Assembly (NCBI GenBank): GCA_016840085.1
Contig: JAEOTA010000018.1
Span: 128,001 to 192,000 of the forward strand
DNA length: 64,000 bases
Direction: 5' to 3'
Origin: Promethearchaeota archaeon
GTDB lineage: Archaea; Asgardarchaeota; Lokiarchaeia; Sigyniarchaeales; SOKP01
Both the position numbers and the translations under genes were made by a program. Below, one piece after another: positions 1 through 9,979 of this stretch. The notes below the pieces were generated by a model. The model had not been told where the DNA came from. It worked only from the letters and a program-made list of their open reading frames with translations, and did not search any database. Each line of letters opens with the position of its first letter. The first letter of the stretch is position 1.

Positions 1-1
1 T

Positions 2-1126
2 AACGAAATTCATAGAAATACAAGTCCTTGGCATATTAATCCCTATTTTTTTGATATAGATGGAAGTAAAGAGATTTCCGCAGCAGGATTATGTTATTAT
101 TTTTCAAAATGCTTAAATAGCCAAAATTTAGATCTTTCTCCTATAGCTATTGTAGGAGCAATTGGAGATATTCAAAATCAATATACAAATAAATCTTTTC
201 AAGGTTTGAATTCCTTAATATTAGAAGATGCGAAAAATTCAGGATTAATAGAAGTTGTTAATGACTTGAATTTTTCTGCCTTAAGACCTATAAATGAAGC
301 TATTGCTTATTCTAATGAAATTAAATTGCCAGGATTGACTAATAATGCCGCTAAAACTTTAGTATTCTTAAAAACATTAGGAATATTAATTGAGAATACA
401 GAAGGAAGTGTAAAAACTTTAAACGAATTAAATCAAGATGAAAAACAAAAGATTTCCTCAGCAATAATTGAATATGCATCATTAAAACTTGATCTAGAAC
501 CAAGTAATATAATTAACAAATTAATAATCAATAGATATATCTTAAGAGAGGAAATAACTCATTCTGAACTTCATGATGCTAGAGAATTTTCTTATCTCCT
601 TAATGCGTGTGGTAGAACTTATAATGCATCATTAGGTATTGCGATTGCCATGGGAGATAGAAAAAAAATTTATAAGCAATCAAAGGAGGTCAGACAAAAC
701 TATAGAAAACTTTTACATGAAAGTCTTTTTTGGATTGAAAATAAAGAAAAAATCCAGCAAAAAGAATATATCCAATACTTTTTTGGGGAAAACGTAATTC
801 CTGAAAATATAATAGGAACAATAACATCGATATTGATTTTTCAGAATATTCAAGGGATCGATAAGTCTAAACCAATATTTGGTTTAGCAAAAAGAAAAGA
901 TGAGAATGTCTATAAAGTATCAGGAAGAGCGCACGAAAAAATTGTAAAAAAAGGAGTAAATCTTTCAGAAGCAATAAGAGAAGCTTGTATACATTTAAAT
1001 TTAGATGTATTAGGAGGGGGACATCCTCCTGCGGCGGGAACAAAAATTCCTGTAGATACAGTTGAAAGTTTTCTTGAAAATTGTAATTTGGCTATTCAAA
1101 ATCAATTAAAGCACATAAAAAGTTAG
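2..1126 (+). CDS. RecJ-like DHH/DHHA1 phosphoesterase (5' truncated by window edge)
   Basis: Frame is open from position 2 (HINPYFFDIDGSKEISAAGLCY...AIVGAIGDIQ); contains LLNACGR and C-terminal DHHA1 motif GGGHPPAAG typical of archaeal RecJ/GAN-like proteins. Confidence 0.85.
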   Translation, partial: NEIHRNTSPWHINPYFFDIDGSKEISAAGLCYYFSKCLNSQNLDLSPIAIVGAIGDIQNQYTNKSFQGLNSLILEDAKNSGLIEVVNDLNFSALRPINEAIAYSNEIKLPGLTNNAAKTLVFLKTLGILIENTEGSVKTLNELNQDEKQKISSAIIEYASLKLDLEPSNIINKLIINRYILREEITHSELHDAREFSYLLNACGRTYNASLGIAIAMGDRKKIYKQSKEVRQNYRKLLHESLFWIENKEKIQQKEYIQYFFGENVIPENIIGTITSILIFQNIQGIDKSKPIFGLAKRKDENVYKVSGRAHEKIVKKGVNLSEAIREACIHLNLDVLGGGHPPAAGTKIPVDTVESFLENCNLAIQNQLKHIKS

Positions 1127-1136
1127 ATTAATAGTA

Positions 1137-2441
1137 TTAAATTTGATATACTTCTCCTATTTCAGGAGCTATTGAATTATATCCCTTTTTAGTTAACTCG
1201 CTTGCTAATTTAGTTGTTGATTTATTGTCACCATGAATACAAAATACATTATTATTGGAATGCTCTTGAAAATTCAAATTTGCTATATAATCATGAATAT
1301 GCACATTGTCAGAATGGCTTGAAAAATCAAAATAATCATAATCACACGTTGCTTTTATCCTTAATTCATTTGAAATATGCCTTTTTCTTCCTGAATCTTT
1401 GAATTCAAAAATTCCATTATCTATTAGGCCTCTCCCCGGAGTTCCTTCTACTTGATATCCTACTAAATAGATTGCAGAGGTAGGATCTTGTAAAATAGTC
1501 TCAATATACTCAATTGCAGCACCCCCCTTAAGCATACCTGAAGGTGCAATTATGACACCTTCAGATTTTTTTACAATTGATCTTGTTTTTGGTCTGGTCA
1601 CAAAGTGGGCTTTTTTTAAAGCTTTTCTAAACGATATTATGTTTCTGATGAAATCTGGATAATCTAAGTAAATCCTAGACATTTTTCTTGCTAAGCCATC
1701 AATGAATATTTTACCCCTATAGTTATATTTTTCTAATATTAATAAGACTTCTTGAGAGCGTGCAACTCCAAAAGCAGGAATTAAGACTTTCCCACCATTA
1801 TTAGTAATATGATTAATTCTTTCTACTAAATCCTTCTCTAGTTGCTGTCTTGGTGGGTGTTCTCTAAGAGCATATGTTGATTCTATTATTAACGTATCCA
1901 ATTTCGGAACATCTTGAGAATTTGCTGGATTGATTAAATTTGTTGTAAGCGTATTAATATCTCCTGAATATAAAACAATTTTATTGTCAACCTCGATTAA
2001 AATAGATACACTTCCAGGAATATGACCCGCATCAATAAATGTAATATAAAAATTATCATCAATTTTTTGACGTGTTCCATTTTTAAGAAAATATGTATTT
2101 TGTTTTAATAGATCTAATTCTCTAAATCCAAAGGGATAAGGGTATTTTGAAATTCTTATCATATCTTTTATAAGAACTTCAGTTGTAGCAAGAGAAACGG
2201 GATTAGTAAAGAAAGGAATCTTTGTAGTTTTATATAATAGAGGTAAAGCACCTGAATGATCAATATGGCTATGAGTTAATGCTATTGCTTTTAGGTTATT
2301 TATATCAGTTTTATAGGGTAATCTATCATCGCTATTGAATCCTATTCCGTAATCCAAAATACATTGTGTTCCATTTTTTGACTCTACTAGAATTCCAGAA
2401 CGACCTATTTCTCTACAGCTTCCTAAAAATGTGATTTTCAT
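1137..2441 (-). CDS. Metallo-beta-lactamase/beta-CASP ribonuclease (aCPSF2-like)
   Basis: THSHIDHSG, AGHIPGS, YSGD, ESTY, PAFGVARSQE, VGYQVEGTPG, FSSHSD, IHGD motifs. Confidence 0.9.
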   Translation of the reverse strand: MKITFLGSCREIGRSGILVESKNGTQCILDYGIGFNSDDRLPYKTDINNLKAIALTHSHIDHSGALPLLYKTTKIPFFTNPVSLATTEVLIKDMIRISKYPYPFGFRELDLLKQNTYFLKNGTRQKIDDNFYITFIDAGHIPGSVSILIEVDNKIVLYSGDINTLTTNLINPANSQDVPKLDTLIIESTYALREHPPRQQLEKDLVERINHITNNGGKVLIPAFGVARSQEVLLILEKYNYRGKIFIDGLARKMSRIYLDYPDFIRNIISFRKALKKAHFVTRPKTRSIVKKSEGVIIAPSGMLKGGAAIEYIETILQDPTSAIYLVGYQVEGTPGRGLIDNGIFEFKDSGRKRHISNELRIKATCDYDYFDFSSHSDNVHIHDYIANLNFQEHSNNNVFCIHGDNKSTTKLASELTKKGYNSIAPEIGEVYQI

Positions 2442-2605
2442 TAGTAATGAAAAGATTTTTAAAAATTTCTAAAAATTTATTATTTCTAAAAAAGAATATC
2501 AGTTTTTTTAAAATTTCTATTTAGACTAAAAAATGTATTAATTCTTTTTGTACTTTTTTTTTATAGAGCCAAATAAAAAAAAGAAGCTACGAAGAAATAG
2601 AAAGA

Positions 2606-3367
2606 TTATTTTAATTTTTTTATCGTATTAGTCAATAAAGCAATAACATTATCAACATTTTTAGCAAAGATTTCTAAGATTTCTTCCCAAGTAACAGGAG
2701 CTTCATCAGCTTTCCAGCAATCATAATCCGTAGACATAGCTACAGCAGCATATGGGATGCTTGCTTCATTTGCTAAAATTGTTTCAGGAGCTATGCTCAT
2801 ATTTATCACATCAGCACCCCATATCCTAAACATCTCTGATTCTGCCCTTGTTGAAAATCTTGGTCCTTCAATAGTGACTACCGTTCCTTTTTCATGGAAT
2901 TTAAGATTAAGTTCTTTCGCTGTTTCAATAAGGATATTTCTTATCTCTTCTGAATAAGGATCAGCCATGGGTGTATGTTTCATATCACCTGGAGCAAATT
3001 CTTCAAAAAAAGATATTTTCCTAAGTCGGGTGAAGTCTATAAATTGGTCAAGAATAACGAGATCACCTCTGTCTATTTTTTCTCTCAAGCTACCACAAGC
3101 TGTAGTTGCAAGGATATGAGAACACCCTTGATCTTTTAATGCTTGTATGTTAGCCCTATAATTTATTTGCGTGGGAGGAATTTTATGCTCTCTTCCATGT
3201 CTAGCAATAAGAACTACATCAACATCATGAATTTTCCCTAATTTTAAAGGAGAAGACGGTTTTCCATATGATGTATTAACATCGATATCTTTTGCATCCT
3301 TTAAAATTTCCGGATTGTCTAATCCCGAACCGCCAATTATTCCTATTTTTACCATAATATTCAACAT
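2606..3367 (-). CDS. mtnP: S-methyl-5'-thioadenosine phosphorylase
   Basis: IGIIGGSG, ARHGREH, EGPRFSTRAES, INMS, TDYDCW motifs; true start probably ATG at 3355. Confidence 0.92.
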   Translation of the reverse strand: MLNIMVKIGIIGGSGLDNPEILKDAKDIDVNTSYGKPSSPLKLGKIHDVDVVLIARHGREHKIPPTQINYRANIQALKDQGCSHILATTACGSLREKIDRGDLVILDQFIDFTRLRKISFFEEFAPGDMKHTPMADPYSEEIRNILIETAKELNLKFHEKGTVVTIEGPRFSTRAESEMFRIWGADVINMSIAPETILANEASIPYAAVAMSTDYDCWKADEAPVTWEEILEIFAKNVDNVIALLTNTIKKLK

Positions 3368-3506
3368 ATAGTTTTTTTAAATTATAAAATTTTAAATTTT
3401 ATAAATTATTTGTTAAAAAACTTACCCACTGCTGCCAAATTCTATAAAGTTTTAACATAATATTGATTAGTGTAAAATATATTTCTAAAATTTATTTTTA
3501 TAATTA

Positions 3507-4505
3507 ATGCTAAAAAACAAAGTTCTTGTTCTTGGGTCATTGGCTTTTGATTATATAATGGGTTTTAAAGAGAGTTTTATTAAAGCGGTATCTATAAATC
3601 AAGATAAAGGGGAATATCAAAGTACTGTTACTGCAGATAGTCGTCATCAATTTTTTGGGGGAACAGCCGGTAATATTGCTTACAACTTAGGGCTTTTGAA
3701 TATTGCGAAAGTATCTTTATTTGGTTCAGTAGGCGATGATTTCGAGAGATTAGGATATAAGGATCATATAAACCAATTTTCAAATATAGAATTACTAGTT
3801 GATATATATGATGATCTTTTCACTGCAGCTTGTTATATAGTTAATGATATTAAATCTAATCAAATGATCATTTTTCATGGAGGTGCTTTAGACAAGTGTA
3901 AGGAAATTAATTTAATAAAAAAAGTTCCAAATCCGGAAGAGTTTATTTATGCAATAAATTCAACACAAAGTGTCGAAGCTATGACTAATTTTGCTATTCA
4001 ATTAGATGATTTGAAAATACCCTCTATATTTGATCCTGGTCAAGTAACTCCACTTTTCCAGAAAGAACGTTTAATAGATATAATCAAAAAATCAGAAATT
4101 TTAATCGGCAATAGCCATGAGATAATGCAAATAAAAGAGAAATCTGAGTTAACTGAAGAGAAGATTCTTGAATATGTCAGAGCAATTATAATAACACGAG
4201 GATCTGGAGGCTCTGAATTGATTTATAAAGATGAAAACAAAAAAATCTTTAAATATAATATCCCTATTGCTACTCCTGCGAAGGTTTTGGATACAACTGG
4301 GGCGGGAGATGGTTATCGTGCGGGAATACTAACGGGCTTAATGTTAAATATGACTATATTAGATTCTTGTCGATTAGGTGCAATAATTAGTTCATTTGTA
4401 GTTGAAACTAGTGGAGCTCAGACGCATCTTTTTGATATAAAACAAGTAAGGAAGAGATTTTTCAACACGTTTGGCTACTTCCCTCCTGAAATAGAAAGGA
4501 TATAA
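3507..4505 (+). CDS. PfkB-family nucleoside/adenosine kinase
   Basis: GSLAFD, GGTAGNIAY, FDPGQ, DTTGAGDGYRAG; lies between mtnP and apt. Confidence 0.85.
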   Translation: MLKNKVLVLGSLAFDYIMGFKESFIKAVSINQDKGEYQSTVTADSRHQFFGGTAGNIAYNLGLLNIAKVSLFGSVGDDFERLGYKDHINQFSNIELLVDIYDDLFTAACYIVNDIKSNQMIIFHGGALDKCKEINLIKKVPNPEEFIYAINSTQSVEAMTNFAIQLDDLKIPSIFDPGQVTPLFQKERLIDIIKKSEILIGNSHEIMQIKEKSELTEEKILEYVRAIIITRGSGGSELIYKDENKKIFKYNIPIATPAKVLDTTGAGDGYRAGILTGLMLNMTILDSCRLGAIISSFVVETSGAQTHLFDIKQVRKRFFNTFGYFPPEIERI

Positions 4506-4554
4506 AAAAATAATATTCTTAAATTAAAATTTTTATTTAAACAAAACGTATATA

Positions 4555-5088
4555 TCATTCTACTATGGGGATTTCTAATAATGAGAGAACATCATATCCT
4601 TTTAATTTATCTCTACCATGTAAACTTCCAGTAAGTTCAATAACAAAAGCTACACCTATAACATCTCCATTAACTTTTTCTACTAAGTGGCATGCCGCTT
4701 TAGCAGTTCCCCCAGTTGCTAATAAATCATCAAAAACTAAGACTTTATCACCTTTTATAATGGCATCTTTATGCATTTCAATAGAATCAGTACCATATTC
4801 AAGATCGTAAGTTACACTAATTGTCTCGGCAGGTAATTTTCCAGGTTTTCTCATTAATACAAAACCAGCACCCAAATGATAAGCAATAACGCCTCCCCAT
4901 ACATATCCACGGGCTTCGATTGCTGCTACTTTAGTAATACCTTTACCTTTGTAATGATTTATGATTCTATCACACGATTCTTTAAAAGGTTCATAAGCTT
5001 TACATAAAGTGGTAATATCCTTAAATTGTATTCCTGGTTTGGGCCAATCTGGTACATTTCTTATATATTTCAGAAGTGGATCTTCCAT
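4555..5088 (-). CDS. apt: Adenine phosphoribosyltransferase
   Basis: PDWPKPGIQFKDIT, EARG, RKPGKLP, YDLEYG, PRPP motif VFDDLLATGGT. Confidence 0.95.
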   Translation of the reverse strand: MEDPLLKYIRNVPDWPKPGIQFKDITTLCKAYEPFKESCDRIINHYKGKGITKVAAIEARGYVWGGVIAYHLGAGFVLMRKPGKLPAETISVTYDLEYGTDSIEMHKDAIIKGDKVLVFDDLLATGGTAKAACHLVEKVNGDVIGVAFVIELTGSLHGRDKLKGYDVLSLLEIPIVE

Positions 5089-5282
5089 ATTTTTATCAAA
5101 TCCATTTATACTTCATTATTTTTTAAAATTTTTTAATTAAAAATTATATTTAATTATATTTAATCGTCATAGGAATAGATTACTAAAAAACTAAATTCTC
5201 TTTTTAATAATTAGAAAAAATTAAATAAAGATAAAATTATAAAATTTATATAAAAGCAATTAAAATCAACGGTGAAATAAAA

Positions 5283-6239
5283 ATTAAGGTACTTCTCTTC
5301 GGACCTGCTGGGGCGGGTAAAACATCACTTATGAGAACTACTTGCTTAGGATATAATTTCATGAAAGTTTTAAATCTAAAACCAACAAAAGGAGTTTCAA
5401 GAGAAAATTTCATATTTAGAGGGATTTTAGAATTATCGATATGGGATCTTGGAGGTCAAGAACGGTATTTAGAACGTTATTTCTCTGAATCACGACGCGA
5501 ATTAATATTTTCAGAAGTTGCTACTGCTGTTTTTATGGTTGATTCTGCTTCTGTGAACCCAGAAGTACGAGATGTTTTTGATAATTTTTTGAATTTTTTG
5601 TTTGAATTTTCTCCTAAAATAGATCAAGTTTATGTGTTATTAAATAAAGTAGATTTACAAGAGTCAAAAGAAGATGATTTTTACCAAATTCTAACGAAAG
5701 ATTCAAGTGGAGAATTGATGGAAAAAATTTCCTTTACTCCTGTGTCAGTAAAAGAGGGAAGTGCTCAGCATAGACTAATTGAAATTTTAGATTATGAGAT
5801 CCAAAAAAATACTCTTTCAATGCAACGCTTAGGGAAAATTAGGCATTTATTAGATGAATTGAAAGTAAATACAATATCAGAATATCTTTTATTTAATCAA
5901 CCTGATGGGTTATTAATTTCATCTACTTTTGGAAAGTTTGATTCTAAACCGCTTCAATTTATGAAATTTGAGATTGGGACTTTAGATTCAAATATTTATA
6001 GTATTTATCAGCAAATTATGGAACTCCAAAACGTATCCGACCTTTCACCATTATCTTTGTCAACTGTTGTTTATGAATCTGAAAATTGTTGGATTCTAGT
6101 AAAAGAAGTTAGTAATGGAGCTGTTTTAATGGTTGTTACACGAAGTAAAGATCCTGAAGTTTTCTCAAGTGTAATGAATGCATTAACTGGAGAAACGTTT
6201 GAAAATTTAAAATTTTATTTAAAATCTTCTGAGTTTTGA
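5283..6239 (+). CDS. Rag/Gtr1-like small GTPase with C-terminal roadblock-like domain
   Basis: G1 GPAGAGKT (in frame upstream of the called ATG 5331), G2 PT, G3 WDLGGQ, G4 NKVD; C-terminal ~130 aa roadblock-like pattern (YLLFNQPDGLLISS...); start placed at ATT 5283 after GGTGA. Confidence 0.85.
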   Translation: MKVLLFGPAGAGKTSLMRTTCLGYNFMKVLNLKPTKGVSRENFIFRGILELSIWDLGGQERYLERYFSESRRELIFSEVATAVFMVDSASVNPEVRDVFDNFLNFLFEFSPKIDQVYVLLNKVDLQESKEDDFYQILTKDSSGELMEKISFTPVSVKEGSAQHRLIEILDYEIQKNTLSMQRLGKIRHLLDELKVNTISEYLLFNQPDGLLISSTFGKFDSKPLQFMKFEIGTLDSNIYSIYQQIMELQNVSDLSPLSLSTVVYESENCWILVKEVSNGAVLMVVTRSKDPEVFSSVMNALTGETFENLKFYLKSSEF

Positions 6240-6300
6240 ATATTTTACAAAAAATATCAAAAATAAAAAATAAAATTCTTTAAATTATTTTATTATTTGA

Positions 6301-7140
6301 TTATTGCTCTTTATCGTATAATCCTAATTTTGTTAAAAGATGCTGTTTAGTATGATGAGGTCTTCTTATAACAGTGTCATTGGATTTTTCAAGTTCCCGT
6401 GCTTCATCACACATTAAAGCTGCAGTTCTCATCATCTCATGTGCTGCGGCTAATAAAGGCATATACTCGGATTTTTCTTGTAGTTTAAAGCAAGCGGTTG
6501 CGGTAAGATTGGATACTGATGCTGCTAATTCAAAAGCGGCTATAGCTTTAGCTCTCGCATAAGGATTTGAGAATTTTGCAGCTTCAGTTGCTATAGTTGA
6601 GTTAATAAATATTTGAGGTAGAGTCAGCATTTTTCCCTCTAAAATATCTAAGATAACTTTATTCAATTCCTCTGCTATAACTTGTAATGCCCCAGTAATC
6701 GCAAGAACTTTTAATAAATCTGAATTATATATGCTCATTTCAATTGGATCGAGGAATGGTCTACGTGCTCCTATCATACTATCACAATTCACTAAAATAT
6801 AACCCATATTCTTTTCTTTAATTTCTTCAGTAGCTTTTTTTGCTGGAGCATCAGAAATTATAATGGTTGGAATATTGCCTGCTAAAGTACGTGCTTCTTT
6901 TGGACCTGGTAAAGCAGCATTCGGACTTGACATTAATATTAATTCAGGTTCAAATTCAAGTAATTTTTTCATAGTTTCTAAACATTCTTCAGGTGGATGC
7001 ATTTTTGCACCAGAGGTGACTTCTCTTACACTAATTCTCTTAGATTCCGCTCTTTCATCCATAAGAAAAGCAAGTAATAAAGATGATCCTATTGTCCCGT
7101 TCTTAAGGATACCAATACGTAAAATTTTATCTTCGCTCAT
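6301..7140 (-). CDS. mtd: F420-dependent methylene-H4MPT dehydrogenase
   Basis: IGILKNGTIG, DERA, SGAKM, SPNAALPGP, DSMIGARRPFLDPIEM, AAHEMMRTAA, RRPH. Confidence 0.95.
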   Translation of the reverse strand: MSEDKILRIGILKNGTIGSSLLLAFLMDERAESKRISVREVTSGAKMHPPEECLETMKKLLEFEPELILMSSPNAALPGPKEARTLAGNIPTIIISDAPAKKATEEIKEKNMGYILVNCDSMIGARRPFLDPIEMSIYNSDLLKVLAITGALQVIAEELNKVILDILEGKMLTLPQIFINSTIATEAAKFSNPYARAKAIAAFELAASVSNLTATACFKLQEKSEYMPLLAAAHEMMRTAALMCDEARELEKSNDTVIRRPHHTKQHLLTKLGLYDKEQ

Positions 7141-7307
7141 TATTTATCACTTGATTTATAATTTCAATTTTAAAATTAATAATATAATCCATACAATTTT
7201 ACAATATTTTTAATTTTTTTTCAAACTTTTATATTAAATAGAACTCTATTAGTTAATACTTCAATTAAAAATTATATTAAAAAAAGATAAGAAGAGTTAT
7301 AAAGAAA

Positions 7308-8219
7308 ATGGAATTAAATGGTGTTGAGATTGAAGATACATTCTGTGAAGCTTTTGGGGCATTTTTTACAAGAATAGTAGTAACAGCAAAAAATGAGAAA
7401 TGGGCTACCATAGTTGCCCAGGAAGCAACGGGTTATGGTACATCAACAATAGGCTGCGATGCTGAAGCTGGAATTGATATGTTTTTACCTTCGCAAAATA
7501 CCCCTGATAACCGTCCAGGTGTAGTTTTAATGTTTTTTAAAAACAAAAAAGATGAGATGAGTCTAGTTTTAACCCATCGAATTGGTGAATGTATTCTAAC
7601 TTGTCCTACAACTGCATGTTTTGATGCTTTAAGTGATTCTCTTGATTCTTCCAAGGAATTTGAAATAAAAACTGGTAATAATTTAAAATTTTTTGGTGAT
7701 GGATTCCAAGAAAAAATTGAGGGGGCTTATCAGTTTCCAAGTTGGAAAATTCCTATTATGAGTGGAGAATTTATAATACAAGATTCATTCAAAGTTGGGA
7801 AAGGAATAGCCGGGGGTAATTTTTTAATAATTGGAAAAGACCACGATTCTACCCTAGAAGCTGCTGAGAAAGCAATTGAGGCAATAAAAGAGATAGAGAA
7901 CGTTATTACTCCTTTTCCTGGAGGAATTGTATCATCAGGATCTAAAGTTGGTTCAAAATATGATTTTATGCGGGCTTCTACCAATCAAGCATATTGTCCA
8001 ACATTGAAAACTAAAGTAGAAGATTCTGAATTAAGAGATGGAGATAATTGCGTTTATGAAATTGTACTTGATGGGGCTACTGAAGAGGCTATTAAGAAAG
8101 CAATGAAATTAGGGATTCAAGCAGCTGTAAAAGTCCCAGGCGTAAATCGAATCACAGCAGGTAATTATGGGGGAAACCTAGGTAAATATCAATACAAACT
8201 TTATGATATTCTAGGATAA
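7308..8219 (+). CDS. ftr: Formylmethanofuran:H4MPT formyltransferase
   Basis: MELNGVEIEDTFCEAF, TSTIGCDAEAG, TPDNRPG, LTCPTTA, PFPGGIVSSGSKVGS, TAGNYGGNLG. Confidence 0.96.
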   Translation: MELNGVEIEDTFCEAFGAFFTRIVVTAKNEKWATIVAQEATGYGTSTIGCDAEAGIDMFLPSQNTPDNRPGVVLMFFKNKKDEMSLVLTHRIGECILTCPTTACFDALSDSLDSSKEFEIKTGNNLKFFGDGFQEKIEGAYQFPSWKIPIMSGEFIIQDSFKVGKGIAGGNFLIIGKDHDSTLEAAEKAIEAIKEIENVITPFPGGIVSSGSKVGSKYDFMRASTNQAYCPTLKTKVEDSELRDGDNCVYEIVLDGATEEAIKKAMKLGIQAAVKVPGVNRITAGNYGGNLGKYQYKLYDILG

Positions 8220-8272
8220 ATATTGAATTATTGGAATTAACATTAAAGAAAAAGATATCTATTTCTCTTTTA

Positions 8273-9976
8273 TTACAATTTCCTTTTTATTTTTCGCTTA
8301 GGAATTTTTTCTTTTTCCTCTTTTTCTTCCAACTCTTTAGTTTCTTCTTTCTCAATTTCTTCTTTAACTTGTTTTTGCTTTTCTTTTTTCTTAATTGTAG
8401 ACTTTTTAGTAGTTTCTTTTGTCTTTTTGGGCTTGATTTCTTCAGATTTTATGAATTTCGACTTGAAATATTTATATATTATCCCTATGCTAGCAACAAT
8501 TCCTAAAAGTAATCCTATTGAAAAAGTAATCCAAGGTGTATAAGGGCTTATAACATCTGGGATAATCCTTATCGCTTGAGGTGCCATATCATAATCATCA
8601 ATAAGACTTGTGATAGCGCCATCAGAATCAATGACATATATATAAACATACCAAATCCCAGATATTAAATCAACAGTCCGTATTGTAATTTTTGTATCAT
8701 TAACATTATAGGCGCGTGTAATGTTAAACCATTTATTCTTTGCTCCTAGAAGCGCAACTTTAATGAATGCTATTCCTTCTATATCAGATACGTTAAAAGT
8801 GAATATTAAATCTTTACCGTACAATAATGAGATACTTTCATTCCTAGAAAGCCCATTGATTTTATAACTATGTATCTTAGGCATATTATTTTTTACTGTA
8901 AGAAACGTTAAAAATGAACTAGATCCTCCCTTTGGATCTTCTGCGCTAATATTGACATTATGTCTCCCTAAGGCAAAATCCGCAGGGATTGAAAAAGTAC
9001 CTTTATATGTTTCATTCTCTCGATGACTTAATGATACTAAAGGAAGAGTTCTACCAGTTGGATCTTCAATAGTAGTGGATATTGATAAACTTTCAGGTTT
9101 ACTTTCAATATCAGTTACATTTAGTGAAATAGTACACTCTTCAGTTCTATAGACTATTTCTGGAGAGAACTCAATCGACTCTCTTATTATATTAGGATTG
9201 GAGTTAAAAATCTTAAAAGGAAAGTATGTTGCATATTTTTTTCCAGAAATGTCTGAAATATTTACTTTTATATAATAAATCTCATTTACTTGGCCGAAAG
9301 TCTCATTATTAATCTCAAAAGCAAATTGGAAAAGATTTCTTTCAAGATTAAAAAGATTTTTCTGTGTTGATTCATTCACGCTGTCTACAATAGTTATATT
9401 CCACCAGCGAAAATCATCATGACCACTGATATTAAGTAATACTAATTCTGCATATAAAGTATCCCCGATATAATATTCTGTGCTATTAAAATTCATCATA
9501 TAATTTGAACGAATAGTAAAATTAGAATAAGTTGTATGAGCATTTAAAAGTATATTGGTTTCATTAAAAATATAGAAACTTACATTTTGTAATCCTAAGG
9601 GAGCATTATATTCTGGTGTATATTCAACGTAGAATATATCATTACCAGCAGAAACCGTAGTGAAATTTTTAACAGTTCCATTAGTAAAAGAGATTTCCGT
9701 AAATGTGTAATTTGCATCTTTATATCCTGATGCATTAACCGTGATATTAATTGCTTCAAACAAACGATATACCTTGGATCTAGTTAGAATTATGGATGAA
9801 TAATTTAAAGAAGGTTCAGCTAATTTTGGGGTTTTATAATTCTCATTTTCTATATTATAATTTTCTTTATGAAGATCACTAGGTGTTTCAGTCATAATTG
9901 ATAGAACACTCGAGAAAATGCTAAATATTAAAAAAAAAGTAATAATTAACCTTATATATTGCCTATTCTTCATCAT
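8273..9976 (-). CDS. Membrane-anchored surface glycoprotein with tandem beta-sandwich (Ig-like) domains
   Basis: N-terminal hydrophobic helix, beta-rich ectodomain with about 20 N-x-S/T sequons, C-terminal TM followed by a Lys/Glu-rich tail. Confidence 0.65.
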   Translation of the reverse strand: MMKNRQYIRLIITFFLIFSIFSSVLSIMTETPSDLHKENYNIENENYKTPKLAEPSLNYSSIILTRSKVYRLFEAINITVNASGYKDANYTFTEISFTNGTVKNFTTVSAGNDIFYVEYTPEYNAPLGLQNVSFYIFNETNILLNAHTTYSNFTIRSNYMMNFNSTEYYIGDTLYAELVLLNISGHDDFRWWNITIVDSVNESTQKNLFNLERNLFQFAFEINNETFGQVNEIYYIKVNISDISGKKYATYFPFKIFNSNPNIIRESIEFSPEIVYRTEECTISLNVTDIESKPESLSISTTIEDPTGRTLPLVSLSHRENETYKGTFSIPADFALGRHNVNISAEDPKGGSSSFLTFLTVKNNMPKIHSYKINGLSRNESISLLYGKDLIFTFNVSDIEGIAFIKVALLGAKNKWFNITRAYNVNDTKITIRTVDLISGIWYVYIYVIDSDGAITSLIDDYDMAPQAIRIIPDVISPYTPWITFSIGLLLGIVASIGIIYKYFKSKFIKSEEIKPKKTKETTKKSTIKKKEKQKQVKEEIEKEETKELEEKEEKEKIPKRKIKRKL

Positions 9977-9979
9977 CTC

